From Actinomycetes bacterium (lineage in GTDB: Bacteria; Actinomycetota; Acidimicrobiia; Acidimicrobiales; JAJYXR01): a stretch of 64,000 bases of DNA. The notes beneath the pieces are model-generated. The model saw nothing but the letters and a program-made list of their open reading frames with translations. It had not been told where the DNA came from and searched no databases. The stretch lies in assembly GCA_021801795.1 (NCBI GenBank), contig JAJYXR010000004.1:106607-170606 (forward strand). The letters run 5' to 3'. The position numbers and the translations under genes were made by a program. Shown here in pieces: positions 1 to 9,675 of this stretch (the first letter of the stretch is position 1; each line of letters starts with the position of its first letter).

Positions 1-817
1 GCGATCCGAGATGCTCCACCATCGACGCGTGCTCCTCTGAGAGCATCCCGAGACCTGCCCGGCGGACCTTCGGTGCCTCCAGCATGATGAGGATCACCAG
101 CATGACAAGCGTAACGCCGGCGACCACGGCCGACACCGTGGCCTTGCCGAGAGAGAGGGCGGGCTTCGAGAGGTTGTGGGCCGCGGATATTAGCTTCGGG
201 GCGTAGCTCTTTATCTTCGCCTGGAGGTGGTATCGAGCTATCAGCCTGCCGATACGGCCCCTGCCGTGGCTGGCCTGGTTCACGAGCTTCGGGAGGTCGT
301 CGGCGAAGTGGGTAAGCCCCCTTACCAGTGGATCCCCGAACGCGAACGCGAGGGCTGAGAAGATCACCAGCCCCGCCACGAACACGACTGCCGCTGCCAG
401 GCCCCGCCTGAAGCCATGCCTGGTTAGGAAGGCCACCGCGGGTTCCAGGATCAGCGCCACGAAGGAGGCGATGACGACGAGCAGGATCACCTCCCGCAGC
501 TTCATGATCACCAGCACCGCTGCGTATGTCCCCAGAGCCACGACGTCGATCACCAGGATGGTCCGCAGCGGCACACCGCGCAGGCGGGCCGCTTCGAAGA
601 ACCGTTCCCGGCGCGTGGAGCCACCGCCTGGACCTGGTGTGGATCCACCGCCTGGAACTGGTATGGAGCCACCGCCTGGACCTGGTGTGGATCCACCGCC
701 TGGACCTGGTGTGGATCCACCGCCTGGACCTGGTGTGGATCCAGGCTGCTCGGGCGTGGAGGGACCCTCGGGAGGCTGAACCCTGGTAGCAGCCCTTCGA
801 GGGCCCTGCTCGCTCAC
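1..817 (-). CDS. AI-2E family transporter (PerM-like permease), partial; the 3' end runs off the window
   Basis: It is absent from the ORF track because it is truncated. My reverse translation of 1-817 is stop-free and reads ...RTILVIDVVALGTYAAVLVIMKLREVILLVVIASFVALILEPAVAFLTRHGFRRGLAAAVVFVAGLVIF...MLVILIMLEAPKVRR..., a typical AI-2E TM1/TM2 region. The start is ambiguous: GTG at 817 (which includes the GSTPGPGG repeat) or the in-frame GTG at 574. Confidence 0.7.
   Translation of the reverse strand, partial: MSEQGPRRAATRVQPPEGPSTPEQPGSTPGPGGGSTPGPGGGSTPGPGGGSIPVPGGGSTPGPGGGSTRRERFFEAARLRGVPLRTILVIDVVALGTYAAVLVIMKLREVILLVVIASFVALILEPAVAFLTRHGFRRGLAAAVVFVAGLVIFSALAFAFGDPLVRGLTHFADDLPKLVNQASHGRGRIGRLIARYHLQAKIKSYAPKLISAAHNLSKPALSLGKATVSAVVAGVTLVMLVILIMLEAPKVRRAGLGMLSEEHASMVEHLGS
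616..745. repeat. 24-bp tandem repeat x5 (unit ccaccgcctggacctggtgtggat)
   Basis: Units at 621, 645, 669, 693 and 717. Copy 2 has 3 substitutions and the others are identical. It encodes (GSTPGPGG)n in the minus frame if the AI-2E gene starts at 817. Confidence 0.95.
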
Positions 818-826
818 CGATACAGC

Positions 827-1975
827 ATGGCACTCCCAGGGTGCGGAACGTGCCACCATGAAGGGATGCGTGGAGACCACCAGGGATCGCGACGCCACCG
901 CCGCCTGCGCCGGGAGGTCCGCTGGGGGATAACTGCCTTCCTGCTGGTGATCATCGTCGAGTACCTCCTGCTGCCAGAGCTCGCAGGGGCGGGCAGGTCA
1001 CTCCATCTCCTGGGACGTGTGAACGTCGCCTACCTCCTCCTCGGCACCGCGCTCGAAGCGGCTTCTCTCGTGGCATACGCCCAGCTCACCCACACGGTTC
1101 TTCCACCGAACTCCGTCCCGCGCAACCGCATCCTACGGATCGACCTCTCCAGCCTGGCAGTCAGCCATGTGCTGCCGGGTGGAACCGCCCCGGGCACCGG
1201 GGTCGCCTACAAGCTCCTGGGCGAGTCGTCCGTGAGCGGGGCCGACGCGGCCTTCGCCCTGGGGATGCAGGGCGTCGGATCGGCCCTGGTGCTGAACGCG
1301 GTCTTCTGGCTGGCGCTCGTCATATCCATCCCACTGAACGGCTATAACCCGATCTACGGCATCGCGGCTGCCGCGGGGGCCTTCCTCCTGGCTGCCTTCG
1401 CTGGGATGATCGTGCTGCTCACCAAGGGACGGGAGCGCGCCATAGAGGCAGTCCGCAGGGGTGCCGACCGCCTGCCGTTCCTCGACGGCGAGAAGCTGGC
1501 CGGCTACGTCCACGAGGTAGCCGACCGCGTGCACGGGCTCATCCTGCAGCGCCGGCTCATGGTGAGGGCCCTCGGATGGGCGAGCGCGAACTGGCTCCTC
1601 GACGCCGCGTCCCTATGGGTGTTCCTGGCCGCCTTCGGGAAGCTGGCCTCACCAGTGGACCTGATGGTCGCCTACGGCCTCGCGAACGTGCTGGCCGTCA
1701 TACCTATCACCCCCGGCGGGCTGGGGGTGATCGAGGGAGTCCTGATACCGACCCTCGCGGGCTTCGGGGTGCCCAAGGGCATCGCCATCCTGGGGGTCCT
1801 CGGATACCGTCTAATCAACTTCTGGCTCCCCATACCCGTCGGCGGGCTCGCATACCTCTCGCTGCGCCTGACTCCCGGAGGAGGATGGCGTCAGCAGCTC
1901 CGCAGTGCCCGCGACAGCGTCACCTCGCCGCCGCCCGACGCCGGTGCCGCTGCCGACGCGCCAGGCAGCTCGTAG
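827..1975 (+). CDS. UPF0104 / lysylphosphatidylglycerol-synthase-TM-region family membrane protein (flippase-like)
   Basis: 382-aa polytopic ORF. The C-terminal part ...LGWASANWLLDAASLWVFLAAFG...LANVLAVIPITPGGLGVIEGVLIPTLAGFGV...GYRLINFWLPIPVGG matches the UPF0104 signature. The start is uncertain (ATG 827 or a downstream Met). Confidence 0.65.
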   Translation: MALPGCGTCHHEGMRGDHQGSRRHRRLRREVRWGITAFLLVIIVEYLLLPELAGAGRSLHLLGRVNVAYLLLGTALEAASLVAYAQLTHTVLPPNSVPRNRILRIDLSSLAVSHVLPGGTAPGTGVAYKLLGESSVSGADAAFALGMQGVGSALVLNAVFWLALVISIPLNGYNPIYGIAAAAGAFLLAAFAGMIVLLTKGRERAIEAVRRGADRLPFLDGEKLAGYVHEVADRVHGLILQRRLMVRALGWASANWLLDAASLWVFLAAFGKLASPVDLMVAYGLANVLAVIPITPGGLGVIEGVLIPTLAGFGVPKGIAILGVLGYRLINFWLPIPVGGLAYLSLRLTPGGGWRQQLRSARDSVTSPPPDAGAAADAPGSS

Positions 1976-2032
1976 AGCGCAGGTACTGCATCTGGGTGAA
2001 CAGCTGGCAGACGAGGCCGGTGCGGGCTCTGT

Positions 2033-4195
2033 TCAGGCGTCTGGTTCCCGCCGCCTGCGTGCACGCTCTCTGGCCCTCTCCTGGAGCACGCGCTGGACGC
2101 TGGTGCCACGCAGCGTCTCCACCCTCGTCCAGCGACCGTCTGGGCCGAGCTGCCAGGAGTTCGTGTCGTCCGCCAGGTCGAGCTCGAGCACCTCCACCAG
2201 GCGCGCCTGGAGCTCTCGGTCAGCCACCGGCACCAGCACCTCGATCCGGCGGTCGAGGTTCCTCTCCATGAGATCGGCCGATCCTATGAGGATGGTAGGC
2301 CTCACGCGCTCGGGGTTTCCGAAGCACATGATACGGGAGTGCTCCAGGAACCTTCCCACGATCGAGCGCACTCGTATCGTCGGGGAGAGCTCGGGAACCC
2401 CCGGCCTGAGACAGCAGATGCCGCGCACGATCAGGTCTATGGGCACCCCGCGAATGGAGGCTTCGTAGAGGGAGTCGATAACCGCCGGATCGGTGAGACC
2501 GTTCACCTTTATGGTGATCCTGCCCTCCGGTCCCGCATCAGCCTCGGCTGCTATGAGCTCTAGTATCCGCTGCCTCAGCGCCACGGGAGCGACCACGAGG
2601 CGCCTGTAGTTCGCGTGGTGGCTGAAGCCGGTGAGGTAGTTGAACAGGTCGCCCACATCCTCGCATAGCTCCGGATCGGCCGAGAGGAGCCCTATGTCCT
2701 CGTACTGGCGGGCAGTGCGGGAGTTATAGTTCCCCGTTCCTATGTGGCAGTAACGTCTCAGCCCGTCTTCCTCGCGGCGGACGACCAATGCAGCCTTCGA
2801 GTGTGTCTTCAGGCCCACCAGGCCGTAGACGACGTGCACCCCGGCTTCCTCCAGTGCACGCGCCCAGAGGATGTTGTTCTGCTCGTCGAAGCGCGCCTTG
2901 AGCTCCACTACAGCAGCTACCTGCTTGCCCGCCTCTGCAGCCGCGATGAGAGAGCCCACGATGGGGCTGTCTCCCGAGGTCCTGTAGAGAGTCTGCTTCA
3001 TGGCCAGGACGGCCGGGTCAGACGCTGCTTGGGCCACGAAGGCCTCCACCGAGGTGGCGAAGGAGTCATAGGGGTGGTGCACTAGCACATCACGCTCACG
3101 CAGCACCGCGAAGAGGTCTGCAGGCTCGTTCCCGGCGTTGGCCAGCGGCGACGGGGTCATGGGCGCCCATGCCTCGTCGTGGAGATCGGGCCGGTCCAGT
3201 GCATGGACTGCCCAGAGCCCACCCAGATCGAGGGGGGCCACCACGTCGTCCACGTCCTCGGCATCGAGGTCCAGCTCGCGTACCAGCAGCTCGCGTATGT
3301 CCGGCGGGGCGTCTCTGGCCAGCTCGAGGCGCACCGCGCGCCCGAAACGGCGCCTGCGCAGCTCCACCTCGACTGCCACCAGGAGGTCGTCGGCCTCGTC
3401 CTCGTCGAGAGCCAGGTCGGCGTTACGGGTGACGCGGAATGGCTCGTGCTCCCCGATGAGCATGTCGGGAAAGAGGGCATCCAGATGGGCAGCGATCACC
3501 TGCTCGAGGGGTACGAACCTCTCACCGTCTGGGAGCACCACGAAGCGCTCCAGCAGCGGAGGCACCTTCACCCGGGCGAAGCGCTCCTCGCCGGTAACCG
3601 GGTCCTTCACACGGACGACCAGGTTCAAGGAGAGGTTCGATATGTAGGGAAACGGATGTCCCGGGTCAACCGCCAGCGGGGTCAGCACCGGGTGGATCTG
3701 GCGCCTGAACACCTCGGAGAGGTACCCACGATCCTGGGCGTCGAGACTCGACCAGTCGGACAGGCGGATGCCAGACGCCGAGAGCTCCGGCACCAGGTGG
3801 TCGAGGAAGATCCGCCCCTGGCGCTCGACGAGCTCCCGCACTCGCGCACGTACGGCTCTCAGCGTCTCCGAGGGGCGCATGCCGTCCGCCGATCGGTTCC
3901 GCAGCCCCGCGTCAATCTGGTCCATCAGGCCCGCCACGCGTACCTGGAAGAACTCGTCCAGACCCTCGGAGAAGATGGCCAGGAACTTCACCCGCTCCAG
4001 CAGCGGTACTCTCACATCCGAAGCCAGATCCAGTAGCCGGTCACCGAAATCGAGCCAGGAGAGCTCGCGGTTCGTAAAGCGCGACGGTCCAACGGAAGCC
4101 AAGAACGATGCCCCTGCGCCTAGAGCGCCTGGGAACGCCTCGTCTGCCAGAGCCTCGGGCATCGTAGCTGGTGCGCTATCCCGGTATGCCCCCAT
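2033..4195 (-). CDS. ppk: polyphosphate kinase 1
   Basis: 720 aa. It contains RFTNRELSWLDFGDRLL...PLLERVKFLAIFSEGLDEFFQVRVAGL and paired PLD-like C-terminal domains (HSKAALV..., LEHSRIMCFG). Confidence 0.95.
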   Translation of the reverse strand: MGAYRDSAPATMPEALADEAFPGALGAGASFLASVGPSRFTNRELSWLDFGDRLLDLASDVRVPLLERVKFLAIFSEGLDEFFQVRVAGLMDQIDAGLRNRSADGMRPSETLRAVRARVRELVERQGRIFLDHLVPELSASGIRLSDWSSLDAQDRGYLSEVFRRQIHPVLTPLAVDPGHPFPYISNLSLNLVVRVKDPVTGEERFARVKVPPLLERFVVLPDGERFVPLEQVIAAHLDALFPDMLIGEHEPFRVTRNADLALDEDEADDLLVAVEVELRRRRFGRAVRLELARDAPPDIRELLVRELDLDAEDVDDVVAPLDLGGLWAVHALDRPDLHDEAWAPMTPSPLANAGNEPADLFAVLRERDVLVHHPYDSFATSVEAFVAQAASDPAVLAMKQTLYRTSGDSPIVGSLIAAAEAGKQVAAVVELKARFDEQNNILWARALEEAGVHVVYGLVGLKTHSKAALVVRREEDGLRRYCHIGTGNYNSRTARQYEDIGLLSADPELCEDVGDLFNYLTGFSHHANYRRLVVAPVALRQRILELIAAEADAGPEGRITIKVNGLTDPAVIDSLYEASIRGVPIDLIVRGICCLRPGVPELSPTIRVRSIVGRFLEHSRIMCFGNPERVRPTILIGSADLMERNLDRRIEVLVPVADRELQARLVEVLELDLADDTNSWQLGPDGRWTRVETLRGTSVQRVLQERARERARRRREPDA

Positions 4196-4256
4196 GTGCC
4201 AAGGCTACCGGCACGGTGACCGATGCGCGGCCCAGGCACCGGTAGAATCCCTCGCG

Positions 4257-5657
4257 GTGGAACCACCCTTGGCCCAGGTCGCGAAAGCTGTTCCATCCCC
4301 GTCTGCTCAGCCAAGCCCCCTCGCCCGCCACCGGCGACGCACGGAGCTGGGCCTGCTCGTCCTCTCGTCGCTGCTCGTCGCTGCTGCCTACATACTGGCC
4401 TCGGTAGGAAAGAGCTCGCGGATACCCACGAACCTCGTTCCGTTCCTCTGCATCGTCATAGGACTCGGTCTCGTGGTCCACCTGGCCAATCGCCTTCTAG
4501 CGCCTGACAGCCACCCTGTGCTGCTCCCGGTGGTGGCCCTGCTGAACGGCCTCGGCTACGTGATGATCGCTAGGCTCGATCCCCACGAGGCACGCCTCCA
4601 GGCAGGCTGGACCGCCGTGGGAGCCATCGCCTACGTGGTCACCCTCCTCCTGGTCAGGCGCTCGCGCGACCTGGACCGCTATCGCTACCTCCTGCTGCTC
4701 GGCGGCATTGGGCTTCTCATGCTGCCCATGGTCCCCCACGTCGGCGAGGACATAAACGGTGCCCGTCTGTGGATCCACGTCGGACCCATTACGGGCCAGC
4801 CAGTGGAGCTGGCGAAGCTGGCTCTGTGCATCTTCTTCGCCTCCTACTTCGCCGAGAAGCGCGAGATGCTCTCGATGGCCACGGTGAGGATCGGGAACCG
4901 CCTCTTCCTCCAGCCCCGTGCGCTCGGCCCCCTTTTCCTCGTATGGGGACTCACCATGCTCGTCCTGGCCGCCGAACACGACGTCGGCTTCGCGCTGTTG
5001 ATCTTCGTCCTGTTCATATCCCTGCTCTGGCTGTCCACCGGCCGCATCGCGTGGATACTCATCGGTTTGGGGCTGTTCGCGCTCGGGACCTTCGTGGGGA
5101 GCCACCTCTTCAGCCAGGTGAACGAGCGGATCACCATCTGGCTGGATCCCTGGCCCTATGTGAACAATGCCTCCTACCAGCTGGTCCAGGGCCTCTATGC
5201 AATGGGGACCGGTGGGCTGATCGGCACCGGTCTGGGTCTCGGGCACCCGAGCTTCGTCCCGGCCGTCACGACCGACTTCATCTTCGCCGCCTTCGGCGAG
5301 GAGATGGGGCTGCTCGGCACCACGATCATCGTCGCCGCATTCCTGCTCCTCGTCGGTACCGGCTTCCGCATCGCCCAGACCGCGCGCTCGGACTTCGCGA
5401 AGCTGGCAGCGGCAGGCCTGACCGTGGTCCTCGGCCTGCAGGCACTGTTCATCATGGCGGGCATCGTGAGGCTCCTGCCGCTAACCGGCCTGACCTTGCC
5501 ATTCATGGCCTATGGTGGATCGTCCCTGGTGGCGAACTACATCCTCGTAGCCATCCTGGCGCGGATCTCCGACGAGGGCGCCCGATCGGCCACCACGCCA
5601 GAGGCGATGGCCCGCCAGATCCCGGCAATGGCGAGCGGCCAGGCAGGTCCTGGCTGA
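4257..5657 (+). CDS. SEDS family (FtsW/RodA/SpoVE) peptidoglycan polymerase
   Basis: Multi-TM protein with ...GARLWIHVGPITGQPVELAKLALCIFFASYF...GTGLGLGHPSFVPAVTTDFIFAAFGEEMGLLG...LPLTGLTLPFMAYGGSSL. The ORF-track entry 3768..5657 is over-extended into ppk. Candidate starts are GTG 4257 or ATG 4194. Confidence 0.85.
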   Translation: MEPPLAQVAKAVPSPSAQPSPLARHRRRTELGLLVLSSLLVAAAYILASVGKSSRIPTNLVPFLCIVIGLGLVVHLANRLLAPDSHPVLLPVVALLNGLGYVMIARLDPHEARLQAGWTAVGAIAYVVTLLLVRRSRDLDRYRYLLLLGGIGLLMLPMVPHVGEDINGARLWIHVGPITGQPVELAKLALCIFFASYFAEKREMLSMATVRIGNRLFLQPRALGPLFLVWGLTMLVLAAEHDVGFALLIFVLFISLLWLSTGRIAWILIGLGLFALGTFVGSHLFSQVNERITIWLDPWPYVNNASYQLVQGLYAMGTGGLIGTGLGLGHPSFVPAVTTDFIFAAFGEEMGLLGTTIIVAAFLLLVGTGFRIAQTARSDFAKLAAAGLTVVLGLQALFIMAGIVRLLPLTGLTLPFMAYGGSSLVANYILVAILARISDEGARSATTPEAMARQIPAMASGQAGPG

Positions 5658-5677
5658 GGCTTCCTCTCCTTCGAGGC

Positions 5678-6112
5678 TCAGCTCACGGGGCCGAACAGCT
5701 CCTCCGCCACGAGCATCGGCGCCGGCAGGCGGCTTCGCAGTACCAGCGCCATGGCATCAGAAGGCCGGCAGTCCACCACCTGGCGACCGCGAGGGCCCAC
5801 CGTCTCGATCTCGGCGACGAACACCTTCCCTATCCTGCCCGTGATCCGCATTGCCTCCAGATGCACCTCGTGGGACTCGAGCAGCGTGGCCACTAGAGCG
5901 TGGGTGAGCGGTCTCGGGCTCGCCACGCCATGGAATGCCTGTGCGATGGCAGTGCCCTCGGCCAGACCAACCGGTATGCGCAGCTCCCGCCAGGGCGATC
6001 CAGCTTCGCGCAGCAGGACCTCCGGGTTGGCAGCAGGCAGGTGCATCTCGACGCCTGCCACCACCACCAGCCGCCACGCCTGGCCGGACTCGACAGCTGG
6101 CTCATCGCTCAC
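5678..6112 (-). CDS. bifunctional nuclease family protein (DUF151-like)
   Basis: 144 aa. ...LLREAGSPWRELRIPVGLAEGTAIAQAFHGVASPRPLTHAL...VDCRPSDAMALVLRSRLPAPMLVAEELF matches the bifunctional DNase/RNase family pattern. The GTG start overlaps the SEDS stop (GTGA). Confidence 0.7.
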   Translation of the reverse strand: MSDEPAVESGQAWRLVVVAGVEMHLPAANPEVLLREAGSPWRELRIPVGLAEGTAIAQAFHGVASPRPLTHALVATLLESHEVHLEAMRITGRIGKVFVAEIETVGPRGRQVVDCRPSDAMALVLRSRLPAPMLVAEELFGPVS

Positions 6113-7176
6113 CGCTGGTGGCGCAGATGCACCGAGAGGGCAATGCCTACCGCAGCGAAGAAGACCACCGTAGCCGAGCCGCCATAGCTCAAGAAGGGAA
6201 GCGGTATCCCCGCCACTGGCATCAGACCCATGGTCATGCCGACGTTCTCGAACACGCTGAAACCGAGCAGGGCAAAGACGCCTGCAGCCAGCATCCTCCC
6301 GAAAGGATCACGTGCAAGCTGCGCGGCTCGCATCACCCGCCAGACCACCACGCCGAGAAGCGCGAGCACCGTAGCTGCTCCGGCGAAGCCGAGCTGCTCC
6401 CCGACGGCAGAGAAGATGAAGTCGGTCTGCTGCGAGGGCACGTAGGAGAGGTTCGTCTGTGCGCCCTTGAACAGCCCTGTACCGAACATCCCCCCCGATC
6501 CGATGGCCGCCTTGGACTCAATGACGTTGTAGGTGGAGCTCTGCGTGCCCTTGCCCTGGTGCAGGAATCCCGTCAGGCGCTCGATCTGGTAGTGCTTCAG
6601 CAGACCGAGGTGCAGAACGGCCACCACGCCGAGCACCCCTATGACCACCAGAGCGACCAAGTACCTGGCTGGAACCCCGGCTGCCACGAGCATCACCGCC
6701 AACACGATTCCCATGACTATCCCAGAGCCCAGATCCGGCTGCTTTATCACCAGCAGGATCGGCAGCGCGGCCAGAGCGATCAGCTTCACCAGGTCCATCG
6801 CCTCGAGTCCGTCGTTACGCCGGTCGCAGAACGTGGCTACCACGACTATGAGTACCAGAGAACCGAAGGCAGACGGCTGCACCTGTACCGGACCCAGCTG
6901 GAACCAGCGGGTGGCACCGAGGGCACTCGACCCGAGCGGCGTGAACATCGCCAGCAGCGCCAGGACCAGACCCACGTAGAGCACCCCACTGGCATGAGCC
7001 AGCCAGCGGTAGTCCACGAACGCGAGCGTCAGCATCACGGCTATGCCCACCGCCACGAATGCCGCCTGTCGAACCAGGTAGTAATGGGGGTCGATGCCCG
7101 CCAGCTCCAGCTTCGCACGCGTAGCCGAGTAGACCATGACCACGCCGATCATCGCGGTGGCGATCGCTACCAGCAC
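6109..7176 (-). CDS. SEDS family protein (RodA/FtsW-like)
   Basis: 355 aa. ...TRWFQLGPVQVQPSAFGSLVLIV...QQTDFIFSAVGEQLGFAG...MPVAGIPLPFLSYGGSA. The first canonical start is GTG 7176. The frame is open upstream to the aroE stop, but only CTG codons occur there. Confidence 0.85.
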   Translation of the reverse strand: MLVAIATAMIGVVMVYSATRAKLELAGIDPHYYLVRQAAFVAVGIAVMLTLAFVDYRWLAHASGVLYVGLVLALLAMFTPLGSSALGATRWFQLGPVQVQPSAFGSLVLIVVVATFCDRRNDGLEAMDLVKLIALAALPILLVIKQPDLGSGIVMGIVLAVMLVAAGVPARYLVALVVIGVLGVVAVLHLGLLKHYQIERLTGFLHQGKGTQSSTYNVIESKAAIGSGGMFGTGLFKGAQTNLSYVPSQQTDFIFSAVGEQLGFAGAATVLALLGVVVWRVMRAAQLARDPFGRMLAAGVFALLGFSVFENVGMTMGLMPVAGIPLPFLSYGGSATVVFFAAVGIALSVHLRHQR

Positions 7177-7262
7177 CAGCGCGTAGTCGAGCCTGAGGAG
7201 CTGAGCGACCCCGCGATCCCTGTGGCGATAGCCGCCAGAGGGGCGGTGGTCGATGAGAGTCG

Positions 7263-8156
7263 TCAGCGCAGATCACCCCCCAGAGCTCCCCTGGCATCGA
7301 CTGCCTTCCACATCGCATCCACGGGCGGCGACGTGCCGGTCCATCTCTCTATGGCAATGGCGGCCTGGTGGACCAGCATCCCCAGACCACCTATCGCACG
7401 CGCACCCGTTGCACGTGCTCTCAGCACCAGCTCGGTCTCGGGCGGGTTGACCACGATGTCCACCACCGTCTTGCCGGGCCCCAGGGCATCGAGTGGGATC
7501 CCGGGCAGTGCAGACACGCCGGCTACGCCAGCCATGCCCGCAGGTGTCGCCTGCACGACAAGGTCCGCATCGTAGAGGTCCTCCGGCTCGCCCAGCCGCC
7601 CCGCCTGCCCGGCGAGCCTGGCGGCAGAAGCCGCACGGTCGGCACTCCGGTTCACTACAGCCACCTCGGCTGCTCCGACATCACCGAGAGCCAGGATAAC
7701 AGCCCGCGCAGCTCCACCGGCACCTATCACCACGCATCTGGCACCGGCGATATCCATCCCGGTGCCCTCGGCCAGCGCACGCAGGAAGCCCTCTCCGTCG
7801 GTGTTGTCACCCACCAGCCTGCCTGCCTGGTTGGTGATGCAGTTGACTGCCCCCAGCTTCGCTGCAACGCTCGACAGCTCGTCCATCTCGGCCACCACGG
7901 CGCTCTTGTGGGGCATGGTGACCGACATCCCCGCTACGTCGAGGCCTCTCATCCCACGCATCGCGTCGGCCAGCCGAGGCGGGGTCACGTGGAAGCCGAC
8001 CGACACCCAGTCGATGCCCATCGCCTCGAACGCGGCCTGGTGGATGGTCGGGGACAGCGAGTGGGCTACCGGGTCTCCCATGACCCCCACCACCCGTGAC
8101 GCTGCCGATGGCCACCTGGGCCGGCCGGAGTTCTGAGCTGCCCTCTCCTGGTTCAT
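7263..8156 (-). CDS. aroE: shikimate dehydrogenase
   Basis: ...VVGVMGDPVAHSLSPTIHQAAFEAMGIDWVSVGFHV...NTDGEGF...VIGAGGAARAV. Confidence 0.9.
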   Translation of the reverse strand: MNQERAAQNSGRPRWPSAASRVVGVMGDPVAHSLSPTIHQAAFEAMGIDWVSVGFHVTPPRLADAMRGMRGLDVAGMSVTMPHKSAVVAEMDELSSVAAKLGAVNCITNQAGRLVGDNTDGEGFLRALAEGTGMDIAGARCVVIGAGGAARAVILALGDVGAAEVAVVNRSADRAASAARLAGQAGRLGEPEDLYDADLVVQATPAGMAGVAGVSALPGIPLDALGPGKTVVDIVVNPPETELVLRARATGARAIGGLGMLVHQAAIAIERWTGTSPPVDAMWKAVDARGALGGDLR

Positions 8157-9235
8157 CCGAGCCCCCTTTGCTGGGCGAGCTTCTCGTTTGCCAACTGCTC
8201 GGGAAAGGTGTCCGAGAAGGCTTCACGCCCGGACGGGGATACCACCACGAAGTAGAGCCATGCCCCAGGGGCAGGCTTCAGTGCCGCCTGGAGGGCTCCC
8301 GCGGAGGGGAATGCGATCGGCGTGGGCGGCAGGCCCCGGTTCAGGTAGGTGTTGTAGGGGCTCGGTATCTGCTCGTCTGCATGGGTGACTGGACCGCCGT
8401 CCTGGCCAATCGCGTAGAGCACCGTCGAGTCCATCTGGAGCGGCATGCCCGCAGCCAGCCGGTTATAGATCACCCGTGCCACCTTCGCGTCGTTCTCCTG
8501 GTAAACGCCCTCTTTCTGGACGATCGACGCCACGATCACGGCCTGGTAAGGCGTGACGCCAAGCGCCCTCGCCCGGCTCGCCAACCCTGCACCTGCAGCC
8601 TCGGAGTCGAAGCGCGCGACCATCTGGCGCAGGATCGCTGCGTTCGTCTCGTCGGGCAGCACCTGGTAGACGCCTGTGCCGAGCAAGCCGTCGAGGTTAT
8701 CCGAGCCAGCGGGCTGATAGGGAGAGCGGACGCTCCCGTCCGTCGCTGCCCGGTAGAAGGACGCCTCCTCACGGCCCGGCATCTCTCCCATGCGCCGGGC
8801 GAGCTCGGCGACGGTGAACCCAGCGGGCACGGCTATATCGAACACGTCGGGGCCCTGGCTGATCCCCGCCAGCACAGCGGAGAAGGCCATGTGCTTGTGC
8901 ATCAGGTACCTGCCTGGTAGCAGCATCGGGCTTCCGTGGATGAGGGTATAGATCCTGAAGGCAAGTGTCGACGCTATGACGCCCTGGTGGCTGAGAGAGC
9001 TCGCGAATCCGGAGATGCTCGTACCCGACCTGGCGCTGACCACCACCGCCGCGCCCTCGTGCCCTGGGTTCACCTGGCCTTCGTACCAGTAGATGCCCCA
9101 GGCCAGGACCCCGATCGCCACCAGGGCCACCCCGAGAAGCCCCACGACGAGCCCATGACTCCAGAGCCTCTTCAGCGATGACCCGGTGGTGGTCTCGTTC
9201 GCCGGCGAGACTTCCTCCGGCGGCATCTCGCTCAT
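8153..9235 (-). CDS. mltG: endolytic murein transglycosylase MltG (YceG family)
   Basis: N-terminal TM helix, then ...ASIVQKEGVYQENDAKVARVIYNRLAAGMPLQMDSTVLYA...SPYNTYLNRGLPPTPIAFPS. There are 4-nt overlaps with both neighbours. Confidence 0.9.
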   Translation of the reverse strand: MSEMPPEEVSPANETTTGSSLKRLWSHGLVVGLLGVALVAIGVLAWGIYWYEGQVNPGHEGAAVVVSARSGTSISGFASSLSHQGVIASTLAFRIYTLIHGSPMLLPGRYLMHKHMAFSAVLAGISQGPDVFDIAVPAGFTVAELARRMGEMPGREEASFYRAATDGSVRSPYQPAGSDNLDGLLGTGVYQVLPDETNAAILRQMVARFDSEAAGAGLASRARALGVTPYQAVIVASIVQKEGVYQENDAKVARVIYNRLAAGMPLQMDSTVLYAIGQDGGPVTHADEQIPSPYNTYLNRGLPPTPIAFPSAGALQAALKPAPGAWLYFVVVSPSGREAFSDTFPEQLANEKLAQQRGLG

Positions 9236-9675
9236 GTGGCCCGGCCCGATGTCTTCCGTGCGGACTCCCGGTCCATCCAGGTCTGGAGAATGATCACCGC
9301 AGCCACCTGATCCACCACCTCGCCCGCACGCCTGGGGCGCCTGCCTGCCTCGGCCAGGGTGCGGCGCGCGTGGAGCGTCGTCAGGCGCTCGTCGATAGTG
9401 ACCACATCGATCCCCTCCGGCGCCAGGCGCCCTACGAGCGTCGCCACATCGAGCGCTGCGAGGCGTGCAGCCTCTCCCGTCCTGCCGTTCATGGAGATCG
9501 GCATCCCCACCACCACGGTCTTCACCTCCTGGGAGATGGCGAGGTCCGCGATGCGCTCCAGGCCGCCATCGCCATCGCGGATCACGGTCTCGAGGGGATA
9601 GGCGAGGATGCCCTGGGAGTCGCAGAGCGCGACGCCGATCCGGCGGGCGCCGAGGTCCACTCCCATGCAGCGCAA
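9232..9675 (-). CDS. ruvX: Holliday junction resolvase-like RuvX (YqgF)
   Basis: 147 aa. MGVDLGARRIGVALCD...VVVGMPISMNG...ERLTT. Confidence 0.9.
   Translation of the reverse strand: MRCMGVDLGARRIGVALCDSQGILAYPLETVIRDGDGGLERIADLAISQEVKTVVVGMPISMNGRTGEAARLAALDVATLVGRLAPEGIDVVTIDERLTTLHARRTLAEAGRRPRRAGEVVDQVAAVIILQTWMDRESARKTSGRAT

Noticed and set aside
471-789. Plus-strand ORFs (471..779 and 526..789) with striking PPPGPGVD / collagen-like repeats.
   Set aside because: They are frame shadows of the 24-bp array on the strand opposite a well-supported AI-2E permease gene. They have no start context and no domain beyond the repeat.
5935-7575. 546-aa plus-strand ORF antisense to the RodA-like gene and aroE.
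   Set aside because: It has a His/Arg/Gln-rich nonsense composition and no motifs. The opposite strand carries two strongly supported genes.
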